NCBI GenBank assembly: GCA_963828735.1
Contig: CAWHFW010000005.1
Location: 1,152,001 to 1,216,000, forward strand
Direction of reading: 5' to 3'
Origin: an uncultured Gemmatimonadales bacterium
GTDB lineage: Bacteria > Gemmatimonadota > Gemmatimonadetes > Gemmatimonadales > GWC2-71-9
DNA: 64,000 bases
Below are positions 19,182 to 29,458 of this stretch, one piece after another (position 1 is the stretch's first letter; each line of letters opens with the position of its first letter). A program made the translations under genes and the position numbers. The notes below the pieces were generated by a model. The model saw only the letters and a list, made by a program, of their open reading frames with translations, was not told the DNA's origin and did no database searches.

Positions 19182-20681
19182 ATGACCCCACCTCGCCCCG
19201 TGATCGTCGGAACGGGCATCGCCGGCCTGTGGACGGCCTGGCGGCTCGCCTCCGAAGGACAGGCGGCGATTCTCCTCACCAAGGAAACCCTCGCGGATAG
19301 CGCCAGCGCCTGGGCCCAGGGCGGCATCGCCGTGGCCCTCGGCCCGGGCGACAGCCCGAGCCAGCACGCGGCCGACACCTTGGCGGCCAGCGACGGCCTG
19401 GCCGACCCCGAGGCGGTTCGTATCCTCACAAGTGAAGGCCCTGACAGGATTTACGAGCTCCTTGCACTGGGGGCGCGCTTCGACCGCGGCGCCGACGGTC
19501 GGCTCGGGTTCGGGCTCGAGGCGGCCCATACTCGGCCTCGAATCATTCACGCCGGCGGCGACCGGACTGGCGCCGTACTCATCGGCTGCCTCGCGCAGGT
19601 CGTTCGGCAGCACCCGCTGGTCGAGCTGCTCGAGCATACCGAGGTCACCAGGCTGCTGGTGGACGACGGGCGCGCCGTCGGCGTCATGGCACTCCCGCAC
19701 GGCAGCGCCAGCGCACCGATCCTCGCTTCCGCGGTGGTGCTGGCCACGGGCGGCGTGGGCCAGTTGTACGCCGTGACGACGAATCCCAAGGTGGCGACGG
19801 CCGACGGCTGGGCCCTCGCCCATCGGGCCGGCGCCCGGCTGCGTGACCTCGAGTTCCTGCAGTTCCACCCGACCGCGCTCAAGCTGCCCGGGGTGAACCC
19901 CGCGCCCCTCATCTCGGAGGCGGTGCGCGGTGCGGGGGCCGTCCTCGTGGACCGCGAGGGGCGACGTTTTGCGCTCGACGCGGACCCGCGCGCCGAGCTG
20001 GCGCCCCGTGACGTGCTGGCACGCGCGGTGGCCTCCGCCGACGCCGCGGGGGGCGCGTGGCTCGACGCCCGACAGGTCGCGGACTTCCCGGTCCGATTCC
20101 CGGGCATCACGGCGATGCTCGCTCGCCACCGGCTCGACCCGGCCCGGGATCTCCTGCCGGTGGCGCCCGCGCTTCACTACGCCATGGGCGGCATCCAGAC
20201 CGACCTGGAGGGGCGGGCGAGCCTTCCCGGACTCTGGGCCGTGGGCGAGGTCGCGTCCACGGGCGTGCACGGCGCCAACCGGCTCGCGTCCAACTCGCTG
20301 CTCGAAGGACTCGTGTTCGCCGATCGCACCGGGCGCTCGGTGGCGTCCACCCCGCCCAGCCTCCCGTCGGCGCTGCCGGCCGAGGCAACCGCGTCGACTC
20401 GCGACACCGGCGAGGACGAGCGCTGTGAGCCGATCCGCGTCCGGATGCGCGAGACCATGACCGCCGATGTCGGCGTCCAGCGAACCGAGGCCTCCCTGCT
20501 CCACGCCGAGGGGGAGCTCGACCGGTTGAGCCGGGAAGCCCCGGCGGGCGCCTGGCGCACGCACAACCAGCTGCTGGTCGCCGGGCTCATCACCGAAGCC
20601 GCGCGCCGTCGCCGCGAGAGCCGTGGCGGGCACCGCAGAGCCGACTACCCGCCTGCCGCCTTCACGCGAGAGACGGCATGA
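19182..20681 (+). CDS. nadB: L-aspartate oxidase
   Basis: GTGIAGL, SAWAQGGIA, QFHPT, ELAPRD, HYAMGGI, HGANRLASNSLLEG, ESRGGH; clustered with nadA and nadC. Confidence 0.95.
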   Translation: MTPPRPVIVGTGIAGLWTAWRLASEGQAAILLTKETLADSASAWAQGGIAVALGPGDSPSQHAADTLAASDGLADPEAVRILTSEGPDRIYELLALGARFDRGADGRLGFGLEAAHTRPRIIHAGGDRTGAVLIGCLAQVVRQHPLVELLEHTEVTRLLVDDGRAVGVMALPHGSASAPILASAVVLATGGVGQLYAVTTNPKVATADGWALAHRAGARLRDLEFLQFHPTALKLPGVNPAPLISEAVRGAGAVLVDREGRRFALDADPRAELAPRDVLARAVASADAAGGAWLDARQVADFPVRFPGITAMLARHRLDPARDLLPVAPALHYAMGGIQTDLEGRASLPGLWAVGEVASTGVHGANRLASNSLLEGLVFADRTGRSVASTPPSLPSALPAEATASTRDTGEDERCEPIRVRMRETMTADVGVQRTEASLLHAEGELDRLSREAPAGAWRTHNQLLVAGLITEAARRRRESRGGHRRADYPPAAFTRETA

Positions 20682-21673
20682 CCCTGTCCCTCCCGGTCAT
20701 CGAGCGCCTCGACGAATCCCCGGAAGAGATCGCGGCGCTGCAGGCCGAGATCCGGGCGTTGGCCAGGCGTCGCAACGCTGTCGTGCTCGCCCACAACTAT
20801 CAGCGTCCCGAGGTGCAGGACGTCGCCGATTACGTGGGCGACTCCCTCGGCCTGTCGCGCCAGGCGGCACAGACGCCGGCGCAGGTGATCATCTTCGCCG
20901 GCGTGCACTTCATGGCGGAGACGGCGGCGATCCTCTCGCCGGCCAAGCGCGTGCTCCTGCCGGACCTCAAGGCCGGGTGCTCGCTCGCGGCGACGATCAC
21001 CGCGGAAGATGTGCGAAAGTGGAAGGCCGAATTTCCCGGCTACATCGCCGTCGGTTACGTGAACACCACCGCCGAGGTGAAGGCCGAGCTCGACTACTGT
21101 TGCACCAGCGGCAACGTGCTCGATGTGATCGATGCGATCCCGGAGGACAAGGGCATTCTGTTCCTGCCCGATTTCTTCCTCGGCGCCCACGTCCGCCGCA
21201 TGCGTCCACACCGCCGGGTCGAGGTGTGGATGGGCGAGTGTCATGTGCACAAGGGAATTCGCGCCGAGACGCTGAATGCGGCGCGGGAGGAGTTCCCCGA
21301 CGCCGAGGTGCTGGTGCATCCGGAGTGCGGCTGCGCTGGCCAGCTGATCTACGAGATGGGCCGGGGCGACATCAAGCCGGAAGGACTGCACATCGCCTCG
21401 ACCGAGGGCATGATCCGCGCCGTCCGCGAGCGGCCGGCCAACCGGTTTATCGTCGCCACCGAGACCGGAATCATGCACCGGATGAAGCAAATGGCGCCCG
21501 AGAAGGAGTTCATCGCGGCCGACCCCGAGGCCGAGTGCGCCTTCATGAAGACGATTACCCTCCCCAACGTGCGCGACTCGCTCGCGCTCGATCGCTACCA
21601 CATCACGGTGCCGGCCGACATCGCGGCCCGTGCCCGGGGCGCCATCGACCGCATGGTCGCGCTGGGCAAGTGA
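20678..21673 (+). CDS. nadA: Quinolinate synthase
   Basis: LAHNYQ, GVHFMAET, AGCSLA, YVNT, CTSGN, HPEC, C.FMK. Confidence 0.97.
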   Translation: MTLSLPVIERLDESPEEIAALQAEIRALARRRNAVVLAHNYQRPEVQDVADYVGDSLGLSRQAAQTPAQVIIFAGVHFMAETAAILSPAKRVLLPDLKAGCSLAATITAEDVRKWKAEFPGYIAVGYVNTTAEVKAELDYCCTSGNVLDVIDAIPEDKGILFLPDFFLGAHVRRMRPHRRVEVWMGECHVHKGIRAETLNAAREEFPDAEVLVHPECGCAGQLIYEMGRGDIKPEGLHIASTEGMIRAVRERPANRFIVATETGIMHRMKQMAPEKEFIAADPEAECAFMKTITLPNVRDSLALDRYHITVPADIAARARGAIDRMVALGK

Positions 21674-22512
21674 GCGCGGACGCGGCCCGCATCGCCGCCC
21701 TCGCGCTGGCCGAGGACGGCGAAACGGACGTCACCACCGCCGTCACCGTTCCCTCCGGCGTCGACGCCGAAGGGATCATCGAGTTCCGGAGTGGCGGCGT
21801 GCTGGCCGGCGCGGCCTACGCGGACGCCGTCGCGCGCGCGTGCGAGTGCCGGATCGAGTGGCGCGCGCCGGACGGGCGCCTCGTCCGCCCGGGCACCCTC
21901 GTGGGCGTTCTTCACGGGCCGCTCGCGCGGATCCTGCGCGCCGAGCGGCCGTTGCTCAACCTCCTTCAGCGCGCCTGCGGCATCGCGACCGCGACCCGCG
22001 CCTACGTGGATGCGGTCGCCGGAACCGGTTGCCGCGTCCTCCACACCCGGAAAACGGCCCCCGGGCTCCGAGCGCTGGACATCGCCGCGGTCCTGGCCGG
22101 TGGCGGGGCGGCGCACCGCGCGGACCTGAGCCACGCGGTGATGGTGAAGGACAACCACTGGCAGGCGGTCGTGCGGGACGGTGGCAGCCTCGCCGGAGCA
22201 CTCCAGGAGGCTCAGCGGCGAGGGGTGACCGCGCTATACGTCGAGGTCGAGTCGCCGGAACAGCTCGAGCAGGCCTGCGCGGCGGGCGCGACGCGGCTCC
22301 TGGTGGACAACCAGACACCGGAGACGGTGGCGGCCTGGGGCCGCCGCGCGCGAGAACTGCGGCCGGGCATCGAGATCGAGGCGACCGGCGGCATCACCCT
22401 GGAGAACGTGCGCGCGTACGCGGAGGCGGGAGCCGACTTCGTGTCGATCGGCGCGTTGACCCACAGTGTCCGGGCAGCGGACCTGGCGGTCGAGGTGCGA
22501 GTGGTCGGATAG
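21670..22512 (+). CDS. nadC: Nicotinate-nucleotide pyrophosphorylase (carboxylating)
   Basis: GTG start in GTGA overlap; ALAED, TRKT.PG, HR.DL, KDNH, EVE, EATGGI, IGALTHS. Confidence 0.95.
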   Translation: MSADAARIAALALAEDGETDVTTAVTVPSGVDAEGIIEFRSGGVLAGAAYADAVARACECRIEWRAPDGRLVRPGTLVGVLHGPLARILRAERPLLNLLQRACGIATATRAYVDAVAGTGCRVLHTRKTAPGLRALDIAAVLAGGGAAHRADLSHAVMVKDNHWQAVVRDGGSLAGALQEAQRRGVTALYVEVESPEQLEQACAAGATRLLVDNQTPETVAAWGRRARELRPGIEIEATGGITLENVRAYAEAGADFVSIGALTHSVRAADLAVEVRVVG

Positions 22513-22534
22513 GGAGATTGATGGCGACGGGCGG

Positions 22535-23905
22535 CTAGTCCGTCGCGGCCTCCTCCACCGCCGTCCCGAGCGCGCGTCCACCCCACGTCCGCCAGCCGTA
22601 GTACACGGGAATCCCCGCCAGAATGATTGCGAACGTGATCCCCGTGTTCACGGGGTCGGTCCAGAGCGCGTTCAGCACCATCGCCACCGAGGCCACCAGG
22701 AACAGCAGCGGCACCACCGGATATCCCCAAGTCCGGTACGGGCGCGGCAGGTCGGGACGAGTACGCCGCAGGACGAACACGGCCGCGACGGCGAGCGCGT
22801 AAAAGGGCCAGATCCCCAGGATGAACTTGTCCGCCAGCTGCTGGAAGTCGTTGAACAGGACGTACAGCATGCCGAGCGCCGTCGCCAGCCAGATCGCCAC
22901 CGAGGGGCTCTGGAACCGGGGCGACACACGAGCGATGGCCCGGAAGAACAGGCCGCGGTCCGCCATGGCGAAGAAGATCCTCGGGCCCGTGATCATCGAG
23001 CCGGCCAAGGCGCCGAAGCAGGATAGCATGACGATGGCGGACACGACGCTGCCGCCCGCGCCGCCGAACAGCGGAATCCGGTCCGCGGCGGTGGCCGCGA
23101 TCAGCCTGGCGCCCGCCATCTCCGGGAGCGGCACCAGGTAGATGTACGCCAGATTGAGCAGGAGGTAGACGAGGACGATTCCCGTGGTGCCCAGGATCAG
23201 CGCCAGTGGCAGCGTCCTCGCCGGGTCCTTCACCTCGCCGCCGACGAACGACAGGTCGGCCCAGCCATCGTAGGTCCACATGATCGCGATCAACGACGTT
23301 CCCATCAACGACAGGTCGAGACCTCGCGGCCACGCCGGCGTGAAGTGCGAGGCGCTGCCGGAGCCCGCCGTGAACGCCAGCAGCCCGAGCGCGGCCAATG
23401 CACCGTACTTGGCGACCGTCGTCAGGTTCACCAGCACCGCCGCGCTGTTCACACCGAGATAGTTGACCGTCCCGACGAACAGGATGGCGCCTGCGGCTAC
23501 CCACCGAACCTGCTCGGGCGTCAGGTGAATGAAGTAGCCCAGGTACTCCGCGAAGATCGTCGAGATGGCGCCGAGCGCGGAGGCGCGGATGACGGTGAGC
23601 TCGGTCCACCCGAAGAGGAACGCCGGGAGGGGCCCGAACCCCTCGAGGATGTAGGCGAACACGCCGCCCGACCTCGGAAGCGCGGCGGCCAGCTCGGCGT
23701 AGGTCAGCGCCCCGAACAGGGCTACCAGGCCGCCTACCACCCACGCCACCAGGACCGGTCCGGGGTCCTGGAGCCGCTCGGCGACGCCCGCTGGCACCCG
23801 GAAGATTCCGCTCCCGATCGTCGACCCCACCAGCACCGCGATTGCGCTGCCGAGACCCAGGTGTCTGGGGAGGCGCTCCCCCCAGGCGTCGCGTTGTGTG
23901 GACAT
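22535..23905 (-). CDS. APC family amino-acid permease
   Basis: GSTIGSGIF, YAELAA..P.SGG, YDGW, RPYRTWGYP; about 12 TM helices. Confidence 0.93.
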   Translation of the reverse strand: MSTQRDAWGERLPRHLGLGSAIAVLVGSTIGSGIFRVPAGVAERLQDPGPVLVAWVVGGLVALFGALTYAELAAALPRSGGVFAYILEGFGPLPAFLFGWTELTVIRASALGAISTIFAEYLGYFIHLTPEQVRWVAAGAILFVGTVNYLGVNSAAVLVNLTTVAKYGALAALGLLAFTAGSGSASHFTPAWPRGLDLSLMGTSLIAIMWTYDGWADLSFVGGEVKDPARTLPLALILGTTGIVLVYLLLNLAYIYLVPLPEMAGARLIAATAADRIPLFGGAGGSVVSAIVMLSCFGALAGSMITGPRIFFAMADRGLFFRAIARVSPRFQSPSVAIWLATALGMLYVLFNDFQQLADKFILGIWPFYALAVAAVFVLRRTRPDLPRPYRTWGYPVVPLLFLVASVAMVLNALWTDPVNTGITFAIILAGIPVYYGWRTWGGRALGTAVEEAATD

Positions 23906-23958
23906 GGGCTAAATATAGCCTTGACAAGGCTCTGCCGTACGCGTTCTTTCCCGGCGAT

Positions 23959-25860
23959 ATGATGGAATCGACCCCCGACCGGGCGCGGACGCTCCGCCGG
24001 CTGGCTTGGACCGGCGCTACTTTCGCCCTGGGGCTTATCGTGCTCGGAGGGGTGGTCCGCATCACCGGCTCCGGCATGGGCTGCGGGGACCATTGGCCCC
24101 GCTGCGACGGTCACTGGTTCCCCCCGCTCGACCTCCCCACCGCCATCGAGATCAGCCACCGTTGGGTCGCCGCCCTGGTGAGCCTTCTGGTCCTCTCCGT
24201 GGCCCTCGTGGCCTGGTGGCGGCATCGGGACGTCGGCGCGCTCCGAACGCCCGCCACACTCGCGCTGGTCCTGCTGGTGGTGCAGGTGCTCCTCGGCGCC
24301 GTCACCGTGAAGCTGTCCCTCCCGCCGTGGGTGATCATCACGCACCTGGCCAACGCGATGATCCTGCTGGCCGTCCTGATGATCGTTGCGCTCCGGGCCG
24401 GCGCGTCCGAGGGACCGGCGGTTCCGCCGGGCGCGCGTCACGGGGCGCACGGACTGGTCATGGGCACGGCCGTCCTCGGCTTCACGGTGATCCTGTTCGG
24501 CGCTCAGGTAGCGAACTTCAACGCCGGCCTTCTATGTCTGGGCTTCCCGCTGTGCGACGGCGGGATTCGCCCGCCGGACAGTGCGCTCGCCACCCTGCAC
24601 TGGACGCACCGCGTTCTGGCCTTCGCGTTTCTCGGCCTGGTGGTCGTCATGGTGAGTCGGGTCAGCCGCCGGATCGATCCGGCCGGACGGAGGCTCCGGC
24701 AAGCCGCTGGGCTCGTGCTCGCCGCGACCGTGGTCCAGATCGGCGTCGCCGCCGCGATGGTTCTCAGCCTGCTGCCGCCGGGATTGCGGGCACTTCACCT
24801 GCTCGTGGGCAGTCTGGTGTGGGCCGCCCTCGTTCACCTCGTCTTCCGATCCGCGCGAACGCCGGCCGCCTCGCCGGCCGAGTCCGTGGCCGACGGGGAC
24901 CTGCGAGGGCCGTCGCTTCTCGCCGACCTGGTCACGCTCACCAAGCCGCGGATCATCTCGCTGCTCCTGGTGACCACAATCGCACCGATGTTCATCACGC
25001 CCGCGGGGCTCCCCACCTGGCGCCAGCTCCTGTGGGTGCTGGTGGGCGGTTACCTCATGGCCGGCGGAGCGAACGCGATCAACATGTGGTTCGACCGGGA
25101 CATCGACACCCGCATGTCGCGCACACGCCTGCGGCCGATTCCGTCGGGCCGCATCTCCGCCGGTTTCGGCCTGGCGTTCGGCGTGGCGTTGGGTCTCGCG
25201 GCCTTCGCGGTGTTCTGGTATCGGGTAAACGAGCTGAGCGCCTGGCTCGCGCTCGGCGGTCTGCTGTTCTACGTGCTCGTGTATACCGTATGGCTCAAAC
25301 GGACGAGCCCGCAGAACATCGTCATCGGCGGCGCGGCCGGCGCCTTCCCGCCGCTCGTGGGATGGGCGGCCATGACGGGCCGCATCGACCTGGCCGCCAT
25401 CTACCTGTTCGCCATCATCTTCTACTGGACGCCGCCCCATTTCTGGGCGCTCGCCCTCATCAAGCAGGCGGACTACGCCCGCGCCGGCATCCCCATGATG
25501 CCCGTCGTCCGCGGTGAGGCGAGAACCAAGTACGAGATGCTGGTCTACACGCTGATGCTCCTGCCGCTCACGGTCATGCCGACCCTGTTCGGCGCGCTCG
25601 GGACGTTCTATCTCGTGGCGGCCGTGCTCCTCGGGGGCCGGCTCCTGTGGTACTGCATCCGGCTGCTGCGCGAGCGCTCGGTGACGCCGGTAGCGTGGCA
25701 GATGTACCGCTACTCGCTTCTGTACCTCGCCCTCTTGTTCGCGGCGATGGGTATCGACCGGGCGCTCCCGTTCGGCAGGCCGCGCGCCGAGAAGGTGATC
25801 ATTCTCGGCGGGTCCGGCACCGAGGCGGTCATGCCGGTTGCCGCGCACATCCATCCCTGA
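23959..25860 (+). CDS. Fused heme A synthase (CtaA/COX15) and heme O synthase (CtaB/CyoE)
   Basis: N half: GSGMGC..WP.C, E..HR, THL, HR, HL. C half: LTKPRI, DRDID..M.RT..RP, LKR.SPQNIVIGGAAG, WTPPHF. Confidence 0.92.
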   Translation: MMESTPDRARTLRRLAWTGATFALGLIVLGGVVRITGSGMGCGDHWPRCDGHWFPPLDLPTAIEISHRWVAALVSLLVLSVALVAWWRHRDVGALRTPATLALVLLVVQVLLGAVTVKLSLPPWVIITHLANAMILLAVLMIVALRAGASEGPAVPPGARHGAHGLVMGTAVLGFTVILFGAQVANFNAGLLCLGFPLCDGGIRPPDSALATLHWTHRVLAFAFLGLVVVMVSRVSRRIDPAGRRLRQAAGLVLAATVVQIGVAAAMVLSLLPPGLRALHLLVGSLVWAALVHLVFRSARTPAASPAESVADGDLRGPSLLADLVTLTKPRIISLLLVTTIAPMFITPAGLPTWRQLLWVLVGGYLMAGGANAINMWFDRDIDTRMSRTRLRPIPSGRISAGFGLAFGVALGLAAFAVFWYRVNELSAWLALGGLLFYVLVYTVWLKRTSPQNIVIGGAAGAFPPLVGWAAMTGRIDLAAIYLFAIIFYWTPPHFWALALIKQADYARAGIPMMPVVRGEARTKYEMLVYTLMLLPLTVMPTLFGALGTFYLVAAVLLGGRLLWYCIRLLRERSVTPVAWQMYRYSLLYLALLFAAMGIDRALPFGRPRAEKVIILGGSGTEAVMPVAAHIHP

Positions 25861-25866
25861 TTGCAG

Positions 25867-25911
25867 GTCACCCTGAGCGAGTCATGCCGCCTTCGCTGTC
25901 GCTCGGGTGAC
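25867..25911. repeat. REP-like palindromic element (degenerate)
   Basis: GTCACCCTGAGCGA ... TCGCTCGGGTGAC imperfect inverted repeat immediately after the ctaAB stop. Confidence 0.55.
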
Positions 25912-25951
25912 TCGAGCCCGCGGCGCCCCTCGGCGCCGCTCCGCCCCGATC

Positions 25952-27775
25952 ATGTCTGACCCCGCGGCTCCATCCGTCTCCCGCCGGCTTCCCAGGCCCG
26001 GTCGTCTCGTGCGGCTGTGGCCCCGGGTGCGCCCATATCGCGGCATGCTCGTGGCCGCCACCATCGCGCTGGTGCTGAGCGGCCTCGCGAGCCTGGCCTT
26101 CCCGATGGTGGTGCGGTACCTCCTGGATGCCGCGTTCGTGAACCGGGATCGCGCGCTCCTGGACCAGATAGCGCTCGGCCTGGTCGCGTTGTTCTGCGTG
26201 CAGGCGGTGCTCAACTACCTGCAGGCGTATCTGCTGAGCGCGGCGGGCGAGCAGGCGGTGGCGGGACTCCGGCGCGAGCTGTTCGCGAAGCTCCTGGAGA
26301 TGCCGCCGGGCTTCTTCGCGGACCGGCGCACCGGGGAGCTCACCAGCCGCCTCACGGCGGATATCGGACTCCTGCAGGGCGTCCTGAGCCACCAGGTCTC
26401 CGAATTTTCTCGGCAGATCATCGCGCTGCTGGGCGGGGTCATCCTGCTCACCTGGCTGCAGCCGCGACTCACGCTCACCGCGCTGCTTGCGGCGCCGGTC
26501 GTGGTGGGCACCGCGCTCGTCTTCGGGCGGCGGCTCAGGCACATGACGATGGGCGTGCAGGACCGGGTCGCCGAGGCGACCGCCGTCGCCGAGGAGGCGT
26601 TCTCGCAGATCCGGACGGTGCAGAGCTTCGTCCAGGAGCCGGCCGAGCGGGCACGGTACGGCGAGCGGATCAGCGCCAGCGTGCGGACGGCGCTCAAGCG
26701 CGCGCGGGTGCGGGGCGTGTTCTTCGGAATGCTCACGTTTTCGACCTTCGCGGCGATCGTGTTCGTGCTATGGCAAGGCGGCCTGCTGGTGCTCGACGGC
26801 AAGCTCACGGCGGGCGCGCTGGTCGGCTTCCTTCTCTACACCATCACCATCGCCGCGTCCATCGGAGCGCTGGCCACGTCGTTCACGACCTATCAGGAGG
26901 CGGTCGGCGCGGCGGAGCGGGTGTTCGAGATCCTGGAGATGGAGCCGGCGATCGCCGATCCCGCCTCGCCGGCGGCGCTTCCCGCGCCGCCACGGGGCCA
27001 GGTGAAGTTCGAGGGGGTGTCCTTCCGCTACCTGTCGGACCCCTCGCTCCCGTCGACCCTCGACGACGTTTCCCTCGCCGTGGCGCCAGGGGAGGTGGTA
27101 GCGCTCGTCGGCCCCTCGGGCGGCGGGAAGACGACGCTCGTGTCCCTTCTGCCCCGGTTCTGGGACGTGGACCGCGGGCGCATCACGCTGGACGGGCTCG
27201 ACATTCGATCGGTCCGGCTCGCGGAGCTTCGCGGCGCCATCGGGGTCGTGCCCCAGGAGCCGGCGCTGTTCAGCGGAACGATCCGGGAGAACATCGCCTA
27301 CGCGCGGCCCCAGGCCACCGAGGCCGAGGTCCAGGCGGCCGCCCGCGCCGCGCACGCCCACGAATTCATCGAGCGGCTGTCACTGGGGTACGAGACGCTG
27401 GTCGGCGAGCGCGGCGTCAAGCTGTCGGGCGGCCAGCGGCAGCGGGTGGCGATCGCGCGCGCGATCCTCAAGGACCCGGCCGTGCTCATCCTGGACGAGG
27501 CGACGAGCAATCTCGACACCGAGAGCGAGCGCCTGATCGAGGACGCCCTGGCCAAGCTGCTGGTAGGGCGGACGACGCTGATCATCGCGCACCGGCTGAG
27601 CACCGTGCAGCGGGCGGACCGGCTGCTCGTGCTGGATCATGGGCGGATCGTCGAGGAAGGGACACACGCGGAGCTGCTGGCGTTGGGCGGTCTGTACGCG
27701 CGACTGTATCAGCGCCAGTTCAGGGACGGGATGGTCGCGGTGGGCGGGGCGACGGAGGCGGAGGGCCTCGGGTAG
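25952..27775 (+). CDS. ABC exporter, fused permease/ATPase (MsbA-like)
   Basis: 6-TM domain; GPSGGGKTT, LSGGQRQR, ILDEATS, IAHRLST. Confidence 0.93.
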   Translation: MSDPAAPSVSRRLPRPGRLVRLWPRVRPYRGMLVAATIALVLSGLASLAFPMVVRYLLDAAFVNRDRALLDQIALGLVALFCVQAVLNYLQAYLLSAAGEQAVAGLRRELFAKLLEMPPGFFADRRTGELTSRLTADIGLLQGVLSHQVSEFSRQIIALLGGVILLTWLQPRLTLTALLAAPVVVGTALVFGRRLRHMTMGVQDRVAEATAVAEEAFSQIRTVQSFVQEPAERARYGERISASVRTALKRARVRGVFFGMLTFSTFAAIVFVLWQGGLLVLDGKLTAGALVGFLLYTITIAASIGALATSFTTYQEAVGAAERVFEILEMEPAIADPASPAALPAPPRGQVKFEGVSFRYLSDPSLPSTLDDVSLAVAPGEVVALVGPSGGGKTTLVSLLPRFWDVDRGRITLDGLDIRSVRLAELRGAIGVVPQEPALFSGTIRENIAYARPQATEAEVQAAARAAHAHEFIERLSLGYETLVGERGVKLSGGQRQRVAIARAILKDPAVLILDEATSNLDTESERLIEDALAKLLVGRTTLIIAHRLSTVQRADRLLVLDHGRIVEEGTHAELLALGGLYARLYQRQFRDGMVAVGGATEAEGLG

Positions 27776-27865
27776 GGCGGAAACCCGAGCCCGGGTTAGG
27801 TGAGCTGCGATCCGCGCCTGACCTTGGGATGGTGATGTCGCCCCGGCATGGTTGGGGACAAAACG

Positions 27866-27897
27866 ATGCCCCCCGCTGCGATCGCAGCGGGGGGCAT
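27866..27897. terminator. Bidirectional terminator (perfect 32-bp palindrome)
   Basis: ATGCCCCCCGCTGCGATCGCAGCGGGGGGCAT between convergent genes, with a T run following on the minus strand. Confidence 0.75.
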
Positions 27898-28043
27898 TCG
27901 GTTTCGGGCGACTGGCCCGCCGATTACTGGGGACGGTACTCGCGTGCCTTCTATGCCGACCGCTCAGTGAGTCGCCTACGCAAGCGAGCCTCCACCGGAA
28001 TCGGCGGAGGCCCGTTGTTGGAGCCGCGAACCAGCACGCCTAC

Positions 28044-29414
28044 TTACTCAATTGTGCTTGGTGCGAGAATCAGCTTGATCGAGGTGGTAGCCCCGCCGTC
28101 GAAGTTCACCACCGCGATGAAGTAGGTGCCAGGCAGAAACTCCGCCGTGTCGCCTTCGTCGAAGGCGGTGGTGGCGGCTACAAGGGGCGCCGTGTTGCAG
28201 GCAGCGTCACCACAAACGATCAGGTCGAGATCGGCACCGCCATTGTCGGACGCCACACTCACGTTGATGGTATCCGTCGCGGCGACGGTGAACTTGTAGT
28301 ACTGTGCCCCAACACCGCCGTCACCGGTGATGTCGGCTCCAGTGAAGCTCGAGGAGTCGAACACCACGGTCGGGAAGGCTGACGGTGCGGTCACGGTGGG
28401 AGCGGTGTTTATATCGTCCGTGTTCGCGATCGGCGGAGCGACAGTACCCACGGTCATCGTATCCGTGACCGCGTTCGTGAGGTTCAGGGCAAACTGGTTG
28501 ATCGTGTCGATCACCAAGCCATTGACCAGGAGCAGCCCCGTGGCTCCCGGCGGCGGAATGAGCGTGGCGACGTTGGGAGTGGCGCCGACCAGCGTCACGG
28601 TGTCTGCCCCGATCTGGAACACGGCGGTAGCCGGATCGAACGTCGCTCCGTTGAAGGTGACCGTGACTGGCTCACCCAGGGCAGGCGTCAAGTTCGAGAC
28701 CGTGCCGTCGAACACGGTGATCGCCGGCGTGGTGAAACGAACGTCCGTCGACGGGGCGAATGTCACCCCGGGCGTGGCGTCCGAGACGACATCCGTGAGG
28801 ACGGCAGGAGCATTGAGGATGTTCGGCGGCGGCAGGAAGGTCAGGCTCTTGCCGTCAGCCGCCACGACCACATCCGCCGGCTGAGCGACGGCACCCGTGA
28901 AGGTCACCGTCGTGGTCGGCGAGAAGCTGACTCCGGCCGGCGCGGTGAGGGTGACGACCTCGTTCAGCACCGGGGTCACGTTGCTCGCTTGCACCGCGAG
29001 GACGTTCTGAGCAATGACCTGGACGGGGATCGTGACCGTGGTCTCACCCGTGCCGAGCTTGAAGGACGTGGCGCCGTAGTTGTCCGCCGTGACGACGAAG
29101 CGCATCGTCGGCGCCTCGGCGGCCACGCTGAGCTGGCTGTCGTTCACGAACACCGGCAGGAAGGTCGAGTCGCGGCGGACGGTGATGCCCGGGCCGACCT
29201 CGGTCGCCTCGTACGCGGACGAGATCGCGTTGCCCTGATCGTCGACCGCGGTGACTTCCACGGTCTTCGACTCACCCAGCTGCAGGAACAGCTGCGACGG
29301 CGTGGCTTCGATACGCGAGATCCCGGCCCGGAGCGGCTCGGTGGGATCGCCGCTGCATCCGAGCGCCAGCAGAAGGGCGAACAAAGGAACCATACCAGAT
29401 GTCAAGCGATTCAT
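28044..29414 (-). CDS. Surface lipoprotein with tandem Ig-like domains and a C-terminal PPC-like beta domain
   Basis: Lipobox LALG-C, GAGGTG SD; Thr/Val/Ala-rich repeats (SN.TP.L.E.VT twice); C-terminus QYYKFTV...DLDL...PGTYFIAV. Confidence 0.7.
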   Translation of the reverse strand: MNRLTSGMVPLFALLLALGCSGDPTEPLRAGISRIEATPSQLFLQLGESKTVEVTAVDDQGNAISSAYEATEVGPGITVRRDSTFLPVFVNDSQLSVAAEAPTMRFVVTADNYGATSFKLGTGETTVTIPVQVIAQNVLAVQASNVTPVLNEVVTLTAPAGVSFSPTTTVTFTGAVAQPADVVVAADGKSLTFLPPPNILNAPAVLTDVVSDATPGVTFAPSTDVRFTTPAITVFDGTVSNLTPALGEPVTVTFNGATFDPATAVFQIGADTVTLVGATPNVATLIPPPGATGLLLVNGLVIDTINQFALNLTNAVTDTMTVGTVAPPIANTDDINTAPTVTAPSAFPTVVFDSSSFTGADITGDGGVGAQYYKFTVAATDTINVSVASDNGGADLDLIVCGDAACNTAPLVAATTAFDEGDTAEFLPGTYFIAVVNFDGGATTSIKLILAPSTIE

Positions 29415-29458
29415 ACTTCGCACCTCGTTCAAAGGCCATGTAGAAGAAGCAGCAACAC

